Shown here in pieces: positions 60,905 to 64,000 of a DNA stretch of 64,000 nt. Position numbers and translations under genes: made by a program. Numbering within the stretch: the stretch's first letter is position 1; each line of letters opens with the position of its first letter. Source of the DNA: an uncultured Pleurocapsa sp. (GTDB lineage: Bacteria; Cyanobacteriota; Cyanobacteriia; Cyanobacteriales; Xenococcaceae); contig CAYMWC010000004.1 in assembly GCA_964393695.1 (NCBI GenBank), positions 298 to 64,297 on the forward strand, in the 5' to 3' direction. The notes beneath the pieces were generated by a model that did not search any database, was not told where the DNA came from, and saw only the letters and a list, made by a program, of their open reading frames with translations.

Positions 60905-61308
60905 TCTTGAATATACTCAGTATCATTAATTAAAGCATACTCAGCCCTAGTAAATTCCCGACCCAAATAGGCAGCATGGTCTAACATGGTAATCGGACAG
61001 GGTTGAGGTTCTTCAATTACCTTGACACATAGTTCTTTAGCTGTTCTGCCTGTATATAAAGTCTCCGCAGCACGTTCAACTGTTTTGCCTCCACAAGCAA
61101 TTACTTCCCCTGTGGCTGGATCTACTGCTAAACCTTTGTCGTTAATGATATTAGTGTAATGTTTAGCGCAGATTAACCCCGCTTCACGGTCTAAGTAGAT
61201 AATATAATAACCACCAGGATCGAGGGCGATAGGACGTTTAGCAAGGCGATCGTCTATGGTTTTTAAATGATTAGTATTAATAGTAGTTGGCATTAAAATA
61301 TCGAACAC
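60901..61308 (-). CDS. DUF4346-domain protein
   Basis: LDPGGYYIIY, G.TAKEL, LDHAAYLGREF.RAE..L....YIQD. Confidence 0.85.
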   Translation of the reverse strand: MFDILMPTTINTNHLKTIDDRLAKRPIALDPGGYYIIYLDREAGLICAKHYTNIINDKGLAVDPATGEVIACGGKTVERAAETLYTGRTAKELCVKVIEEPQPCPITMLDHAAYLGREFTRAEYALINDTEYIQD

Positions 61309-61362
61309 TTTCGCAAATTAACAATAATCATGATAGAGCCTTCTAAATAAATTTAGATTGTT

Positions 61363-62145
61363 TTAAACACTTTTATAACTAATCCAAGCTTGCCAAAAAT
61401 TAAATACTGCCATAGCTGCCAAAAACAAAGTAAAAATTAAGCTGACTACCGAATCTGGTAATCTCGGCAAAACTCTCGTGCCAACTTGTGTACCTAAAAT
61501 TCCCCCCACACCCAAAATCAGACCTGGAACAAATAAAACGTTACCTTGAAATGCATGAAATATACAAGCAGAAATAGTTGTGACAACAATTACCCCCAAA
61601 CTAGTCCGAATTGCTACTTTAATTTCTTCGTTTAAAAGCAGCATTTGTAATGGCACCATAATTGTTCCACCTCCAACTCCCAATAAACCAGCTAAAAAAC
61701 CAGCAATGCTACCTGTGGCGAGTTTGGACAGGATAGGATGAAATAATTTGCTTGAGTTCCTTTCCTGAGCTACTAATATTTTACGCAACCTAATTAAAAA
61801 AATATTGACTAGCAAAAAAAAACCAAACAGTGTTAATAAAATATATGGTTGTATATTCGTTGCTAAATATACTCCCAATTGTGCTGCTAAAATCGCTGGT
61901 AAAGCGAGATAAACTACTTTTTGCCAATTTAGATAGCCCATCCGCCAATTATAAAAACTGCCTGTACTAGAACTTAAGATAATGACTAAACTACTAGTAG
62001 CAACAGCTTGAATAGGAAGATAGCCCAAACCCACCAATAAGGAGACGATAATAATTCCTCCCCCTATTCCCAACAATCCTGCTAAAACTCCCGAAACTAA
62101 ACCACCTCCAATCAAAATTAATAAGTCTAAGTTATTCATAATCAC
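61363..62145 (-). CDS. TauE/SafE (TSUP) sulfite exporter family permease
   Basis: Duplicated G..AGLLG(I/V)GGG...P...A..TSL motifs. Confidence 0.92.
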   Translation of the reverse strand: MIMNNLDLLILIGGGLVSGVLAGLLGIGGGIIIVSLLVGLGYLPIQAVATSSLVIILSSSTGSFYNWRMGYLNWQKVVYLALPAILAAQLGVYLATNIQPYILLTLFGFFLLVNIFLIRLRKILVAQERNSSKLFHPILSKLATGSIAGFLAGLLGVGGGTIMVPLQMLLLNEEIKVAIRTSLGVIVVTTISACIFHAFQGNVLFVPGLILGVGGILGTQVGTRVLPRLPDSVVSLIFTLFLAAMAVFNFWQAWISYKSV

Positions 62146-62205
62146 TTATTCAAAAATCTGTTATTAGTTATTAGTGATCAATGATTACTTATTTTTCAGT
62201 GCAAG

Positions 62206-63339
62206 CTAGTAAAGAAATAAACCAATTAGCCCTGCAAGGGGAATAACGAGGACTACCTCTAGACGCAATTTCCAGATAGCAGCTAAGGATGCAGCAAAAA
62301 TCAATAAACTAGCCCAATGTACTTGTGCGGTTTGCCCAACAACAATTGCTGCGGTAAAAATCATACCAATGACTGCGGGTCTAATACCTTTAAGAGCAGC
62401 TTGAATGACTACACAGCCTTTAATCTGGTCTAAAAGATGAGACAAAGTTACCATCAATAACCCTGGGGGGAAAAATATTGCCACTGTCGCCACCAATGCA
62501 CCAACAAAACCTTTGACGACGTAACCAATAAAGGCAGCACTAATCAAAATCGGGCCAGGAGTAATTTGTCCCATTGCGATCGCGTTACTAAATTCAGTTT
62601 GAGTTACCCAACCATAATTGTTAACAACTACTTCTTGAATCATGGGAATAAAAACATATCCACCACCAAATAGCATTAAACTCATGCCTGAGAAAGTCAC
62701 AAACAGTTTAGCTAAACTAGTTTCACCCAAGGGTAAAGGCAGCAAAAACAGTAATAAAATTATTCCTAAAACGACTAAAGGGATCGCTATTTTTTTGATA
62801 TTTAAAGGTTGTTGTGCTTGAACAATCGGATTATCAGCTAAATTTTTGGCGATTTTACCACGAAAACATAACCAGCCGATTAATCCTGCTCCTAAAATGA
62901 CTATTAGAGTAATATAAAATCCACCAATTGTTTGTAGCAAAATGGCAGCAACTGCTGCAATACTCATTTCTCGCCAACCTTTGATTGCTTTCTTACTCAT
63001 CTGAGTGACAGCATTAATGATGATGGCTGCGACTGCGGGAATAAATCCAGCAAAGACTTTGTTAACAGCAGGAATTTCTCCAGCTTGCAAGTAGGCAATA
63101 GTTAGGAATAAGATCAAAATAAAAGAAGGTAACAACACAGCAGTAGCTGTCACCAATGCACCTATACCTCCCCGTAGGCGATACCCAACATAAGCCACTA
63201 CGTTAGCAGCCAGAGGCCCAGGTAAAACACTAGCTAAAGATATGCCATCTAACATATCTTCATGGGTTAAAAGTTCACGTTTGCCAACTATGACATTCTC
63301 AATTACCGAGACTAAATTTTGTCTCGTTACCTTGAGCAA
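62206..63339 (-). CDS. chrA: Chromate efflux transporter ChrA (long chain), apparently lacking its N-terminal helix
   Basis: S.LPGP, FGGGY..IP, GQITPGP, KGIRPAV.G; first FGG motif missing; TTG start inside the upstream gene. Confidence 0.85.
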   Translation of the reverse strand: MLKVTRQNLVSVIENVIVGKRELLTHEDMLDGISLASVLPGPLAANVVAYVGYRLRGGIGALVTATAVLLPSFILILFLTIAYLQAGEIPAVNKVFAGFIPAVAAIIINAVTQMSKKAIKGWREMSIAAVAAILLQTIGGFYITLIVILGAGLIGWLCFRGKIAKNLADNPIVQAQQPLNIKKIAIPLVVLGIILLLFLLPLPLGETSLAKLFVTFSGMSLMLFGGGYVFIPMIQEVVVNNYGWVTQTEFSNAIAMGQITPGPILISAAFIGYVVKGFVGALVATVAIFFPPGLLMVTLSHLLDQIKGCVVIQAALKGIRPAVIGMIFTAAIVVGQTAQVHWASLLIFAASLAAIWKLRLEVVLVIPLAGLIGLFLY

Positions 63340-64000
63340 TTTTTACTCTTTCATAACCTAAAGCATCCAAAACATCTCCAGCTACTAATTCAAAGATCAT
63401 AATCTCTTCATCAGTGGCATGATTTAAGAACTTCTTGGTATTTTGTTTCATGATTGGTTGTGTAACATTTACCCACAAAGAGCTAGAAGCAGCAGCATTA
63501 GAAGCTTCATTAGATTGGTGGAAATTAAGCATTTCTGGAGTATATTTTTCTCCCATAAATTTACACAAACCTTGAAGACTGATTTCAGGATCGGCAACTA
63601 AGCTTTCATAGCTGATGCCATAAAATCGTTCACTTCCCAAAATATCGCGCATTTGTAAAGCTAGACGTTGAGCCTTTGCCCAGGCTTGAGCAATATGATA
63701 TATGTGCTTTTCCCCCACTACTGCTTTTTGGAAAGATAAAGCAACATCTCTGCCATCTCGGTACAGATATATGAATTTTGTACTGTTACGATAGGCATTA
63801 ATTTCGGGTAGATAAAAAACATTAGCTAAACTTTTGCAACACCAATGTTTAGCTCCCCAAGTCTCTGCTAAGATGTCGTAGATAGCGAAAAAAACCGCTA
63901 CCAAAGACTGCTCCTTACACCTGGAAGCAACATCATCTCGGTCTAGAGATACTTTATCCCAAGGTACAGGGTTTAACTCTACCAAACGACAGGCATCATC
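63299..64000 (-). CDS. Sulfotransferase family protein, 5' end beyond the window
   Basis: W.CKS, YLYRDGRDVALSF, YESLVADPE; frame stays open to position 64000 (DDACRLVELNP). Confidence 0.88.
   Translation of the reverse strand, partial: DDACRLVELNPVPWDKVSLDRDDVASRCKEQSLVAVFFAIYDILAETWGAKHWCCKSLANVFYLPEINAYRNSTKFIYLYRDGRDVALSFQKAVVGEKHIYHIAQAWAKAQRLALQMRDILGSERFYGISYESLVADPEISLQGLCKFMGEKYTPEMLNFHQSNEASNAAASSSLWVNVTQPIMKQNTKKFLNHATDEEIMIFELVAGDVLDALGYERVKIAQGNETKFSLGN

Larger units (their letters stand above)
1..64000. repeat. HIP1 octamer GCGATCGC dispersed throughout
   Basis: Many exact copies, e.g. 295-302 and 651-658, in coding and intergenic DNA; not counted exhaustively. Confidence 0.97.

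Noticed and set aside
1-64000. tRNA, rRNA, CRISPR arrays, integrases, intact transposases
   Set aside because: None recognised by eye; a tRNAscan/Infernal/CRISPR-finder run would be needed to exclude them formally.

Overview
Cyanobacterial chromosome segment (abundant HIP1 GCGATCGC, heptamer STRR tracts, photosynthesis genes; nrtP-narB suggests a marine or halotolerant lineage). Housekeeping blocks (psbD partial, ycf4, acsF, def, rsmA, rsmH, recJ, mobA, rodA, dxs, ahcY, nrtP-narB, psaI/psaL, psb32) alternate with accessory blocks: (i) a decayed hicBA locus, a WecB/TagA glycosyltransferase fused to MshEN-like repeats, and a divergent ino1 / FAAL / CarS-like locus that may make an inositol-containing lipid (8.6-13.9 kb); (ii) a 4-kb insert between recJ and an LCP gene with a DUF2442-HTH regulator, an HNH-plus-membrane-hairpin protein with a coiled-coil partner, and an orphan HELxE toxin-CT with a probable immunity gene (22.1-26.1 kb); (iii) a 17-kb Wzm/Wzt polysaccharide cluster with sulfotransferase, HTTM-like and asparagine-synthase-like proteins (30.3-47.4 kb). 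ahcY is of the Pseudomonas type and has a structured, switch-like leader. Small mobile DNA is common: two IS630 remnants, a TA-flanked MITE, REP-like palindromes, and ~20-nt hairpin micro-elements, one of which frameshifts a transposase. No rRNA, tRNA or CRISPR array was seen. Family assignments come from recognised motifs; no database search was run.
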